A stretch of DNA of 64,000 nt. Source: Escherichia coli (lineage in GTDB: Bacteria; Pseudomonadota; Gammaproteobacteria; Enterobacterales; Enterobacteriaceae). Below are positions 20,831 to 32,479 of this stretch, in pieces. The stretch lies in NCBI RefSeq assembly GCF_051903065.1, contig NZ_CP178439.1. One strand, 5' to 3'. The notes beneath the pieces are model-generated. The model saw only the letters and a list, made by a program, of their open reading frames with translations. It made no database searches and was not told where the DNA came from. Made by a program: the position numbers and the translations under genes. Within the stretch, counting starts at the first letter, position 1. Each line of letters starts with the position of its first letter.

Positions 20831-21774
20831 CTTGTTACCTCAATGTTGTTTTCAATCGAATCGAGTTCTAAAGGATAGGTTTTAAGTGAATAAAACTTGT
20901 TTGTTGTTTGTATTAGCTGATGACACAATAAAACTGGATTGTTCTTCATGATTATTTCTACTAATGTAAGTGCTGGTGAGTCAGTTGGCGGTATACCCGG
21001 AGCAACTATTACCTGGTCTTCTAATTTTGACATATAGAGTGATCCAGTATTTATATGTAAACAATTACCGATCAGTACTGGAAGATTGTTTTGAGTACGA
21101 CCATGGGCTTTTCGAATGCTGTTTACAGGATTCCTACCTAGGACCATAAGGTTGACGTCATTTATCATCATTGGTATTACGGCATGGTCCATACCGAATA
21201 GAAACTGGCTCTGAAAAATATTCACATTGGCATAGTTGAATGCTTGAAGCGCATTATAAGTATCAGTGAATGATGTGCGGATAGGGGCGTAATCAGAAGG
21301 GCAAACCCCAATTTTTATATCGCCTTTGAGTAAAATCTGCATCATCGTACCAAGCTGGGTATTAAGAAGTTTTTTTACCTCTTCCTCTAAATAGTAACGA
21401 TTTACAGCTTTATGCCACTTTCCGCCCATTACACACCATCTCTCATTGAGGTATGTGCTGGGGTAAAATGTTCTCCGGTCTTTGTTTAATGGTAACAATT
21501 TTTTTAACATTTCTTCTCCGGCTCCGGCAGCTGAGAAATGCCTCACAAAACGTCCATCGAAAAAGCCACTGTTTATCGCCTTCATCAACTCTATGGGTTC
21601 CGGCCCATAGTCAAACAAATTTCCAGTAGAGAAAATTACTATCTCTTCTTCTGGCTTTGTAACTGATTGAATCAAGTTGCACAGCGCAGAGTAATGTCCA
21701 TGAGGATCTGCCAGAAAGAAAATCCTTCCCGAGAAGTTTGTAAGGTCTATAGTTTGGACGTGCTCAGCTGCCAT
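20827..21774 (-). CDS. Calcineurin-like metallophosphoesterase
   Basis: 315 aa; LADPHGHY (D-x-H) and GNLFDYG (GD-x-x-D-x-G-like) metal-binding motifs; first gene of the minus-strand operon. Confidence 0.65.
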   Translation of the reverse strand: MAAEHVQTIDLTNFSGRIFFLADPHGHYSALCNLIQSVTKPEEEIVIFSTGNLFDYGPEPIELMKAINSGFFDGRFVRHFSAAGAGEEMLKKLLPLNKDRRTFYPSTYLNERWCVMGGKWHKAVNRYYLEEEVKKLLNTQLGTMMQILLKGDIKIGVCPSDYAPIRTSFTDTYNALQAFNYANVNIFQSQFLFGMDHAVIPMMINDVNLMVLGRNPVNSIRKAHGRTQNNLPVLIGNCLHINTGSLYMSKLEDQVIVAPGIPPTDSPALTLVEIIMKNNPVLLCHQLIQTTNKFYSLKTYPLELDSIENNIEVTR

Positions 21775-22795
21775 AAATTCCTCTACGTATGTTTACATCG
21801 ATGATACGGTATTTCGAGCTATGATTTTTTTACATAAAGGCGTCATTTTGGATTCTAAGCCTAAGGACCTTTGTTACTTACTGGTAAAGGCTCCAGTCCT
21901 GGCTCTCAAACAGTTCATACTTAGGATGCAAAGTAACTTTCTGATTATAATTGGCTCCTTTATAAACATGTTTACTTCATGAATACAGGATATTTAACGG
22001 TAATGTATTTAAAATGGAAGGATGCTGAAATAACATAGAGTTACGTATTTTTTTAATAGTGTTGATGTTGATAATAGGTCACCATTAATGTATAAAGTTA
22101 ATATCTAATATGGTCCTATTAATAAAAGAGAGTTTTTATGGCTGAACTATTAAAATCTGAAAGTCCTGTTTCACAATCATTGCAGGATATCACTGAAGCT
22201 TTAAAAATCGTTGTCGATGATGGAAGTAAAGCTGCAAAACTGGTTTGTCTTAATGAAAGAAACGAATTAGTTCCCTTGCTCACACAAAATAGTTTTGTTC
22301 CAGATTTCCGTGTTCGCCATGAGGGTCTCAATCCTTTTAACTATCTTATTGATGGGCTGGAAAGGTTTTCGCATCACAGCGAATCTAGTAACTCACTGGA
22401 ATCGACTGATGTATCTCACCAATACGATGAAATTAGCCGGTTAAATGTTCACCATGCACTTCATGCTTCTGGTTTAGTTCCTCAGGATGTTCACCTCTTT
22501 GTTACTTTACCTCTTAGCCAGTTCTATACTGCTTTAGGGGAAACGAATATTGAAAATATTCAGAGAAAAAAAGATAACCTGATGAAACCAGTTGAGCGTT
22601 ATCTTGACGGTAAACGCTATTCTTTCAACGTTTTGTCTGTGACTGTTTTCCCTGAATCTTTACCAGCTGTGACCCGGGCAGATGAAATTGAGGATATTGC
22701 TTCATTTGAATCAAGTTTGGTAATTGATCTTGGTGGTACTACTCTTGATGTTGCAAGTATTACTGGGCAATTAGAACAGATTTCGAAAGTAAAAG

Positions 22796-23992
<1,197 letters not shown>

Positions 23993-24198
23993 TAAGAATT
24001 ATCTTAATAAATCTGGTACTTAATTATTATTTTACTTATAAAGTCTCTGTGCTTTAATGGTTATGTAAGGATTTTTTGATACCCTTATACCCGATGGACC
24101 TAAGGTCACTGACAACGATGTTCATGTAGAATCTTCGTTTCTGTAATCCCTTTTGTCCTTGTCCCAAATGTTTGATTATTATAATAAAGGCTGATCGA

Positions 24199-24651
24199 AT
24201 GCTATCTCGCAACTCACTAATACATGGTTTACGCCGAGACCAGTTAATCGGAGTTCTGACTATTTCAGAGTTTCCGGTAGTTATGGTAGAAAGCCACTTC
24301 ATTCAGTCTGAGGTTATGGGAATAAAACCCGTAATTTTTAATATTGATGAGCTTCTTGTTTCTATATCCCCAATTTCCTCTCTTAAGTTCGATTGGGAGT
24401 GGGCCCCAGTTGATACAATACTCATTGAAGTTATCATTCCACCTGTAGAGTCAGACCTTGTAAGTGCAGAAAATGACTTCCTCCGTGATTCTGGTATCGG
24501 CCATATCCAGTGCGAGCCTGGCGGAGCATCAATACGACGTACAGTTACCTTCGTTGGTGGAATAACCGCTGATAACTTACTGTATCAGTTGAGGCTTATG
24601 TGCGTAAGTGCGTTAAAACTTTTAGGAGAGGAACTGGGGGATGAAGTCTAA
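24199..24651 (+). CDS. Hypothetical protein
   Basis: ORF of about 150 aa after IS5 (track start 24172); start choice uncertain. Confidence 0.4.
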   Translation: MLSRNSLIHGLRRDQLIGVLTISEFPVVMVESHFIQSEVMGIKPVIFNIDELLVSISPISSLKFDWEWAPVDTILIEVIIPPVESDLVSAENDFLRDSGIGHIQCEPGGASIRRTVTFVGGITADNLLYQLRLMCVSALKLLGEELGDEV

Positions 24652-25066
24652 GATTAGATATGTTTTATCTGGTTTTGTTGTGATATGTGCATTTGCTGGA
24701 GTTTATAAAATCCTAAACAATGTTCCGGTTAAACCTGACCTTTTGGACTTCACTGGAAACACATTTAAAAAGACATCACTCTTCCTGCCATGTGATAAAA
24801 GCTCGCCTTCTTTAAACATTAAAATTGCTGATAACGAGAAAATCGTGATCAACGGCATCGCTTCAAAAGTAACTTTTGTTGAAAAGGCTGACCCCGTCAA
24901 AAGCCCTGGTTTTTGTGATGATCTTGATCTAAACAATTCTCGCCTTGTACATACGGCATCTTACAGCATGGTGATTTCTGAAACCAAAACAGGATATACA
25001 CTCTCAAATTTCAAGCATCTTGCCGATGATGAATCATTAGGTGGTATGTGGTTTTATCAAAAGTGA
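24641..25066 (+). CDS. Small exported protein, unknown function
   Basis: 141 aa with signal peptide/anchor YVLSGFVVICAFAGV; overlaps neighbours. Confidence 0.5.
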   Translation: MKSKIRYVLSGFVVICAFAGVYKILNNVPVKPDLLDFTGNTFKKTSLFLPCDKSSPSLNIKIADNEKIVINGIASKVTFVEKADPVKSPGFCDDLDLNNSRLVHTASYSMVISETKTGYTLSNFKHLADDESLGGMWFYQK

Positions 25067-25074
25067 CTTTTTAT

Positions 25075-25629
25075 ATGGCAACTTCAGACTTCTCTCTTAA
25101 AAACCATAATGTAAAAGCTTTTGGTCAGGATGCAGCACTTGTCATTGAGATGAACAATGAAGATGTTAGCTCATCAAAACCTTCACCTTTTTCAAATGAG
25201 ATTGATAATTATTATCTTACATTGCACGCCGCTCCGAGGAACGCCAAAAAAGATTATGACTGGGGCTCAAACCGTTCTGTACTTCTAAAATTGTCGACGA
25301 ATGAAGTTATGCAGATGGCATCTGTATTTCTTAGAATCATGCATACTTTAAAAATTGATAAGAGGAAAACCTCACATCATGGCCACGTCGTATACAAAAA
25401 TATAAGCGTTACCCCAAACGAGAGGGGCGGTTTGTTGTTATCAGCAGGGATAGTTCCAGTCGATAAAGACGGCTTAAAACCCTTCATGCACATGGTCCCC
25501 GTCTCACAAATGGACTGCGTTAAAATTGGCCTCTACATACTTGGATATCTTGCTCAAAAAACGCCTTGGGTAAGCTCCGAGTCTATAATTACCGCGCTTC
25601 GCTTATCTGAAGCCAAGAATTCAAAATAG
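25075..25629 (+). CDS. Hypothetical protein
   Basis: ORF of about 184 aa (track start 25048); no recognisable motif. Confidence 0.45.
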   Translation: MATSDFSLKNHNVKAFGQDAALVIEMNNEDVSSSKPSPFSNEIDNYYLTLHAAPRNAKKDYDWGSNRSVLLKLSTNEVMQMASVFLRIMHTLKIDKRKTSHHGHVVYKNISVTPNERGGLLLSAGIVPVDKDGLKPFMHMVPVSQMDCVKIGLYILGYLAQKTPWVSSESIITALRLSEAKNSK

Positions 25630-25748
25630 CGTATTAACATACGGAATACATGGAAAAATACAGGTTTTTTTAAATGTTATACGAACGGATATTTCTGTTT
25701 TTCATCGTAAAGTGAGTTTAATTTTGCTCAGAAAAACAGGTATTCGTC

Positions 25749-28700
25749 ATGAGAAAATCAGGTTTAGGTTTAGCCCTGTTGTTTTCTTTAATTGCTCCGA
25801 TTAAAGCGGTCTATGCCGAAGCGATTATGATTTCAGGAAAGCTACAGGCTGATTTGCCAGCCGTATCCTTTGACCCGGGGCCGGGCGACTTTGTTGCATA
25901 CGTTAATTCTAACACTATCACTGCCTCAGGTGCAGGCACAGCCTGTAATGTAACGGTTGATGATCGAGCGACTTCCTCTGTTGATAACCTCGTTTGTTTT
26001 TTTGAGTGGTTACCCAATACCTTGGGATTTACTTCTAACGGTTTCACTCTTTCAGGCGTTCCCAACACCACCGGTGATTTAAAACTACCTTACAAGATTT
26101 CTTACTTCTCTGGTTCTGAACGGAAAAAAGTTGAAATAGTAAAAGGTGAATATTCAATCAAAAGTGTGGCACCGGTAAAACCTACTATCACCGGTCTTAA
26201 ATCATCCCTGAACGGATTAGTCTATGACGGCTTTTCTTTCAAATCGTATTTAAAGGATGAAGCGATCAAAGATATCGCTGTTTCTGTTGAGCCCCGCAAT
26301 TATATTCAATACATCTCAATAGGTTCAGGCTCCGCCTGTGAAGTTCCTATTGGCGGAACTTCCTGTACCATTGAAGTTGGAAGCATTAAGGCCAGTGATA
26401 CAGATGAACTTTTGGGTTCACGTGATATCACAATTACAGCAAACTCTAAGAATAATTATTTCGCACCTCCTGAATCCAAAAAGCTTGTTGTTAACTGGGA
26501 TTATCGGCCTCCTGTAGTAGACCATACACTTTGGAATTTTACCGATGAGGCTAAAACAATCAAAGTAGGTGGCCAGGACATCTATACCGGAGCCAAAACC
26601 GTTGCTGTGGCCGTTAAGGTACCCCAGCAAGAAACAGAAGGTGAATGGTGGCTCCCAACAGCTATGTCGCTCACTATGACTCCGGATGGCGTGTTTAAAC
26701 CGACGACTAAAGTGACTTTAGATGATGGCACTGAGATTGATTTCAAACAGTCCTGGGCAACCCCTTTACGTAGAACTTTACAGCCGGTAAGTGGACCTCA
26801 AAAAGTCGGTGATGAGTACCTCTATATCTTCGACTTAACGGATCTTATAAACGGGTCCTACGCAGCGACTTTTACAGTAGAAAATACGAGCAAAAACTCT
26901 TCTACGTACACTGAGCCTGAAAGCAAACTGATGCTGTCTGATAACCCAACGCTTATGGTTCTCAAAGATGGGCAGGTATTAACTAAACGAGCACCCGTAT
27001 ACTTCCTGAACGAGATTATCGTTGCAGCTTTCCAGGGGCAGGCTGGGGTTGCTGACATAAAATCAGTAACAATAGACAACAAAGTAGTTTCGTTAACACC
27101 TACAAATTATAGAGGTATTTACTACCTGCCGGTTGGAGACGATTTAGCAGTTAATTCGGATCACGAGATTACTGTGGTGGCTGAAAACCTTTATGGAAAA
27201 AACGTTAATTTCAGTACCGTTTTCACTTATCAACCTACTGGATTCACTCTCAAGAATCTGGAAAAAAACGTAACTCTTTACTCGCGTGTACGTCAGTATA
27301 CGGACCTGCTTAGTCAAACAGCTGGTGATAAATGCACTCTGTTTACCACAGAGGAAAATGCGAATGCTTACCTCGCCTGGTATGGGGAAAAATCAGATGT
27401 TACAGCATGCTACCCTCAGTGGAACAATGTCCCTGATGGGTTGGAGTTCTATTTTAAAGGACGTACCCCGGGTCTAACTGGATTCTTTAATAAAACAGGT
27501 GAGAATCTGCTCGACTATCAAGTCTATATGATTAACGGGAAGGGCTCTAAAGCGGTATCCGCAAGGAATCGCCGTACTCTGACCACACAATTACCATACA
27601 ACCCGATCATCTCTTACAAAAAGAATAAAGTCATAGCTGGCATCAATCCGAACACTGCTCTGGCTTATACGACCGGGGGGGAGGCCGCTCGAATATTAGC
27701 GAAGGTGGTACCAGCTGACGTTACGATGATCGTCTCTCAAAACGGCTCTGAGGCTGTCAAAACGTCATTTAAAAATCGTTCCTCAAACAACGATGCAACG
27801 ACCTTTGTACAAAGGGTTAAGGTTGCTGCTGCACCATTGTGGACAAAGAACGTCTTTGACATAGCTGTAGAATACTCAAAGGATCCAGAATTAAGAACTA
27901 CAGACACACTCAACGTATATACGGTGCCTGATTTCAATATTCGAGCATCGATGGAAGTGGATGACAGAAAAACAGCCACATCTCTTGAAGTGCCCTTAAA
28001 GGTAACAGTGGGGCGTTATAACAACTCCACACGTAAAAGTGCATTTGACCGTAAAACAATGGGAGAATGGGACGTCACGATATACTCGCAAAAAAGTGTA
28101 TACGGCAAAGATCCAGAAACAGGCCGTTATAAAACTACATACGAAAGAACTGCGCTGACTGAAGCATTGCCGGTCAATGATGCGGGCATTGTCGAAACCA
28201 AGATTAAAATTGAAAATATGGATCTGGGTAATATGCGTCTGGTTGGTGTGGCTAAGGTCAGATCGCCATTCTCTGATTTTGAAATGAAACGTGAGACCAG
28301 TGCTGTAGGCATTCGAATCTATAAAGGTGAGGAACTGGAGGGTAACCTGTCGAAAAGCCTTATTATCGGAAGGATCCCACTTAGTACTCTGGTAAGCTTC
28401 AAATCTGCCAGTACTGCTAACTCTGACGCACTTGCCCCCACCGAATGGCAGCAGTCCTCTGATAATGGTCAAACCTGGAATATGCTTTCCGACATGACCG
28501 GAAAGAGAAGTGTAAGTATCAAAAAGACAGAAGTAGGAAAGTGGCTTTATAGGGCAAAAATGACCAATAAATTCACATCTAAGGTTTCCTACACAGATGC
28601 CTTAACGGTAGTTACCTACAAGCAGCCTAAGCTCAGTATAGATGTGACAGACATTCTTCAGGGCTCAGATGTACCTGTAACCCTGCTTGATAACGATGAG

Positions 28701-30053
28701 CCTATACCAGCAGGCACCGCTGAGGTTCTCTGGTCAGAGGATAAAGTCAACTGGGTGCAGGGAGATACAACTTACACTGTGGCTTCAGCTGATACCCTAC
28801 CGTCTACGATTTATGCCCGGATGCGTTACCTTGATTCCGATGAACTGGCAGAGGAGTCTTCATGGAAGGAAACGTCTGCTCGGTTGGCAGCCGCAAAACC
28901 CAAGCGCCTTTCTGTCTCGGTAACGGGGGTTTCTAAGGTAGAGGTTGGTCAAAAAGTTACTTTGGAAGGTAAGTTCACGAACCCTAACAGTAAGTACCAG
29001 AATGGTAATAACGTAGTTGAAGAATGGAAAACACCGGATGGCCAGACATTTAAAGGCTCTACACTGTCTGTTACCCTTACTGAGCAAATGTTGGATAAAC
29101 AGGGATATGCTGCTTTTGAATACAGTGCATGGTTAGCGGACAATAAGGAGAATACGGTTTCTACCCGTAGAGTTTCTGTCAAATCGTGGGTTTATAAATT
29201 CCCCGAAATGAAAATAAGCTCCAAACTTAAATACGACATGGCACCGACCACCCTACGCGTTGCGTTGAGCGGTATTAAGGATGGAGACTATCCTGGTGTT
29301 ACTTATTCCCGAGAATGGATTTACGACAAAGAGAATCTGGTAATCACTAAAGATGAAGGTGACACCAAAGAATTTACAATTGAAAATCCTGGCAAATATA
29401 CATTGATGGTTGTTTTCAAAGATAACCGCAACAATGAACAGCGTATCGAAAATACCTTTGTTGTCGATGAACAAACGCCAATGAACGTTGAGATGACACC
29501 CAAGTTCTCTAACAAATATATGAGAGCTCCACTCGATGTAACCTTAAGGTCAAACATCAAGCTATCTCATTCGGCGGACTCGATAGATACGGTCACATAC
29601 AAGGTGAACGGTGAGGTAATACCCAGCGGCAAAAATTATTGGGCTCAACTGATTTCGGGTTTAAAAGAAAAGAAATACGAGATCACAATTGATGTTGTTA
29701 GTAAACTTGGACAGAGAGGTTCAGCATCTGTTGAGTTTGATGTCGTTAAAAACGCAGTGCCTAATTGTACATTGAGCTACACGGAAACCAACCTAAGCTG
29801 GAGCTTTACCAATAAATGTGATGATACTGATGGAAAAATGGTTAGATATGAATGGTTCATCAACGGCGAATTAAGGAACGTTTTCGGTAGTACGGCTACA
29901 CTTTCTAAAAACCTTAACCGTGGTAAGCAGGACATAAAAGTAATTGCTTATGATGATAGTGGAGACTTTGCAACGCAGCACGTGACAGTTTTCGGACCGG
30001 CTGAAGAGGCAAGTAAGTCTGAATACACTGTATCAATACCAAGCAGTGAGTAA
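25749..30053 (+). CDS. Very large secreted protein, probably repeated Ig-like beta domains; resembles the large Big-domain proteins reported on IncHI plasmids
   Basis: 1434 aa; signal peptide MRKSGLGLALLFSLIAPIKAVYA; Thr/Ser/Val-rich beta-strand-like composition; sits between the small ORFs and the traF-like gene. Confidence 0.6.
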   Translation: MRKSGLGLALLFSLIAPIKAVYAEAIMISGKLQADLPAVSFDPGPGDFVAYVNSNTITASGAGTACNVTVDDRATSSVDNLVCFFEWLPNTLGFTSNGFTLSGVPNTTGDLKLPYKISYFSGSERKKVEIVKGEYSIKSVAPVKPTITGLKSSLNGLVYDGFSFKSYLKDEAIKDIAVSVEPRNYIQYISIGSGSACEVPIGGTSCTIEVGSIKASDTDELLGSRDITITANSKNNYFAPPESKKLVVNWDYRPPVVDHTLWNFTDEAKTIKVGGQDIYTGAKTVAVAVKVPQQETEGEWWLPTAMSLTMTPDGVFKPTTKVTLDDGTEIDFKQSWATPLRRTLQPVSGPQKVGDEYLYIFDLTDLINGSYAATFTVENTSKNSSTYTEPESKLMLSDNPTLMVLKDGQVLTKRAPVYFLNEIIVAAFQGQAGVADIKSVTIDNKVVSLTPTNYRGIYYLPVGDDLAVNSDHEITVVAENLYGKNVNFSTVFTYQPTGFTLKNLEKNVTLYSRVRQYTDLLSQTAGDKCTLFTTEENANAYLAWYGEKSDVTACYPQWNNVPDGLEFYFKGRTPGLTGFFNKTGENLLDYQVYMINGKGSKAVSARNRRTLTTQLPYNPIISYKKNKVIAGINPNTALAYTTGGEAARILAKVVPADVTMIVSQNGSEAVKTSFKNRSSNNDATTFVQRVKVAAAPLWTKNVFDIAVEYSKDPELRTTDTLNVYTVPDFNIRASMEVDDRKTATSLEVPLKVTVGRYNNSTRKSAFDRKTMGEWDVTIYSQKSVYGKDPETGRYKTTYERTALTEALPVNDAGIVETKIKIENMDLGNMRLVGVAKVRSPFSDFEMKRETSAVGIRIYKGEELEGNLSKSLIIGRIPLSTLVSFKSASTANSDALAPTEWQQSSDNGQTWNMLSDMTGKRSVSIKKTEVGKWLYRAKMTNKFTSKVSYTDALTVVTYKQPKLSIDVTDILQGSDVPVTLLDNDEPIPAGTAEVLWSEDKVNWVQGDTTYTVASADTLPSTIYARMRYLDSDELAEESSWKETSARLAAAKPKRLSVSVTGVSKVEVGQKVTLEGKFTNPNSKYQNGNNVVEEWKTPDGQTFKGSTLSVTLTEQMLDKQGYAAFEYSAWLADNKENTVSTRRVSVKSWVYKFPEMKISSKLKYDMAPTTLRVALSGIKDGDYPGVTYSREWIYDKENLVITKDEGDTKEFTIENPGKYTLMVVFKDNRNNEQRIENTFVVDEQTPMNVEMTPKFSNKYMRAPLDVTLRSNIKLSHSADSIDTVTYKVNGEVIPSGKNYWAQLISGLKEKKYEITIDVVSKLGQRGSASVEFDVVKNAVPNCTLSYTETNLSWSFTNKCDDTDGKMVRYEWFINGELRNVFGSTATLSKNLNRGKQDIKVIAYDDSGDFATQHVTVFGPAEEASKSEYTVSIPSSE

Positions 30054-30069
30054 TAAATTTTTAAATATA

Positions 30070-30100
30070 AAGCCGGGACATTTTGTCCCGGCTTTTTTAT
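30070..30100 (+). terminator. Rho-independent terminator after the large secreted-protein gene
   Basis: AGCCGGGACAttttTGTCCCGGCT followed by TTTTTT. Confidence 0.7.
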
Positions 30101-30330
30101 GCCCAACAATTGGACCTTTGAAAAATTAATACCGGAAAGTAACTTTGCTACAAAGGTATCTTTCATGGCCGCTAACAAGGCTGCGTCTACATGCTGAGAA
30201 ATTAACATCCTTATAGGTGAATATTAGGTTAGTTTGCAGACTTCCGAGCGTTGAAAAACATGGATAATAGTTACTTGGATAGAGGTGTATCTACTTAGTA
30301 AAAATATTCTTCAGTGCCAGTGAGAAAAAT

Positions 30331-30843
30331 ATGAGCGACTACATACCTAAAAAGAGAGGGCTGCTTATACTGGATTGGTATGTCCCCATTAATATTTTAT
30401 TGCTGATTCTCGTTATGTGTGTCTTTTTCACCCGTTATACATTTGGATACGGTTTATTGAATGGGTGCCTGCCTGCTGATTTTTATATGATTGATCATTC
30501 GGATAAAACTATTAAAACTGGTGAACTCATAGCTTTCAACATGCCGAAATCGGTTCGTTTTATCCCAGAAAATGAACGAGTCATAAAAATTGTTGCCGGT
30601 GTGGGCGGTGACAAACTCAAAGTAACAATGGATGGGGTTTATAACGGGGACAAATTTTTTGAAGCTAATGCACGTCGTATTTCAAAGAAATACAGTATTC
30701 CGTCCATTTTGATTGAAAAAGAATTGATAATTCCTGAAGGCGAAGTTTTCCTAATTGGGCAAACCGATCACTCATGGGATTCCCGTTTTTGGGGAACAGT
30801 AAAGCTGAATTCAGTAATTGGGAAAACATATGCGATCTTTTAA
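30331..30843 (+). CDS. trhP: TraF-like signal-peptidase-family protein
   Basis: 170 aa; N-terminal membrane anchor plus peptidase-S26-like core (VIKIVAGVGGDKL ... GEVFLIGQTDHSWDSRFWG). Confidence 0.6.
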   Translation: MSDYIPKKRGLLILDWYVPINILLLILVMCVFFTRYTFGYGLLNGCLPADFYMIDHSDKTIKTGELIAFNMPKSVRFIPENERVIKIVAGVGGDKLKVTMDGVYNGDKFFEANARRISKKYSIPSILIEKELIIPEGEVFLIGQTDHSWDSRFWGTVKLNSVIGKTYAIF

Positions 30844-32341
30844 TGTAAATAAAAAATATTTACCAATACTTCCTGGACTTGCGTTATGTGCAGTTTTAAG
30901 TAATACAAATGCAAGCACTGAGTATCAACATGATGCTGACCTAATCGCTCAGCAAGCAAAAGGGCTTGGCGCTCAGGCTAAAGGTGCACAGCAGCCAGAT
31001 GGGGCTCTTAGCCTTGATGCTACGCTAAATTCACCAGATGTGCAGAAGTACATTGCGCAAGCTGAAGCACTCAAAAAAAACCAGGACCTGAGCAGGCAAA
31101 CAAACCGTGGTTACGTGCCCGGTATGAATGCGGATAGTGTTCAAGCAGTTATAGACCATACCCAGGCTATAAGGGCCCAAAGTAATAACTCTGATGCTGT
31201 CAACGATATAATTAGAAGACGTGATGAAATTCAGGAAAACGCCAGCCTTAATGAAGCGGCTCTGAAAGCTGTGGAAAATAAGCCGGAAGTCATGCGAGGA
31301 CAATCTAAAAATATCGAAAAATTGTTTGGTTCCTCGGGCATCACAGCTGCTGACTTCGAAAGAAAAATGGATAGCACACGTGAAGAAGCACTATCAACTG
31401 AAAATGGTATAACGATCTTTGCTTCATTTAGCTTACCGGATTATGTACTGGAAGACCTTTTACGTACGGCCTCAGAGCATAAAGCTCGTGTAGTTTTCAA
31501 TGGTCTAAAGAAAGGAACTACTCGGCTACCAGAGACACAGGCAGCAATAAACCAAATGATTGTCAAAGGAAAATTTGAATCTCCTTTGATTACAATTGAT
31601 CCTGATAGCTTCAGTCAGTATCAAGTAACTCAAGTACCGACAATTATTTCTCGGGAGCAAGCTCGTTTTGCAAAAATGGTAGGGTCCTTCAACGTTGAGT
31701 TTTTTCAGCGAGAACTTGCTAAAAAACCCGATCAGGACATTTTTCCTGTTGCTGGTACGATTTATCCCGTTGAAGAAAAGAGCATCATTAAAGAACTGGA
31801 AGAACGCGCACAAAAATATGACTGGGAAGGTGCAAAAAAAAGGGCCGTTGCGGACACCTGGAAAAATCAATGGATGGTCGATCTCCCTCCTGCCCAGGAA
31901 CACAAAGAATTTTTAATTGACCCTACAGTGAGGGTCACTCAGGACGTAAAAGATAAGCAGGGCCGTGTAATAGCTTCCGCCGGTGAGTTGATTAATCCAC
32001 TTTCGAGATTTCCTCAAAACCTGACGATGATAATTTTCGATCCACTCAATCCGGGCCAGCTGGTATGGGCTGAGCAGCAGTATCGACAACGTCTGGGTAG
32101 TGGAAAAGTAATGCCAATGTTTACCCGTATCCAAAAAGATAATGGATGGGATCACCTAAATGATTTACGTGAAAAATTTAACGGTAAGGTGTTTAAAGTA
32201 AACGAACAGATTATCTCACGCTTTCAGATTAAAAATACACCTGCGCTTATAACTACTGACCAAGATAAATTCCGGATCACCCTGTTTAGCGAGGCAGAAG
32301 TCCGTGGAATCGGAGCCCCAAATCTTTCAGAGGAAAAATAA
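30818..32341 (+). CDS. trhW: TraW-like pilus assembly protein (extended form)
   Basis: 507 aa with a signal peptide; assignment rests mainly on operon position (traF-like, traW-like, traU, traN order). Confidence 0.45.
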   Translation: MGKHMRSFNVNKKYLPILPGLALCAVLSNTNASTEYQHDADLIAQQAKGLGAQAKGAQQPDGALSLDATLNSPDVQKYIAQAEALKKNQDLSRQTNRGYVPGMNADSVQAVIDHTQAIRAQSNNSDAVNDIIRRRDEIQENASLNEAALKAVENKPEVMRGQSKNIEKLFGSSGITAADFERKMDSTREEALSTENGITIFASFSLPDYVLEDLLRTASEHKARVVFNGLKKGTTRLPETQAAINQMIVKGKFESPLITIDPDSFSQYQVTQVPTIISREQARFAKMVGSFNVEFFQRELAKKPDQDIFPVAGTIYPVEEKSIIKELEERAQKYDWEGAKKRAVADTWKNQWMVDLPPAQEHKEFLIDPTVRVTQDVKDKQGRVIASAGELINPLSRFPQNLTMIIFDPLNPGQLVWAEQQYRQRLGSGKVMPMFTRIQKDNGWDHLNDLREKFNGKVFKVNEQIISRFQIKNTPALITTDQDKFRITLFSEAEVRGIGAPNLSEEK

Positions 32342-32479
32342 TATGAAACTCGGATTTATTATAGGCGCTCTCTTTGCAACATGGCTGACGCTAAATTATC
32401 CGGACCAGATGAGAAGTTATTTTACCAAAGCCGTCGACTATATCGAAAGTGTTGCAACATTTATTACATCCAAGTGAGC

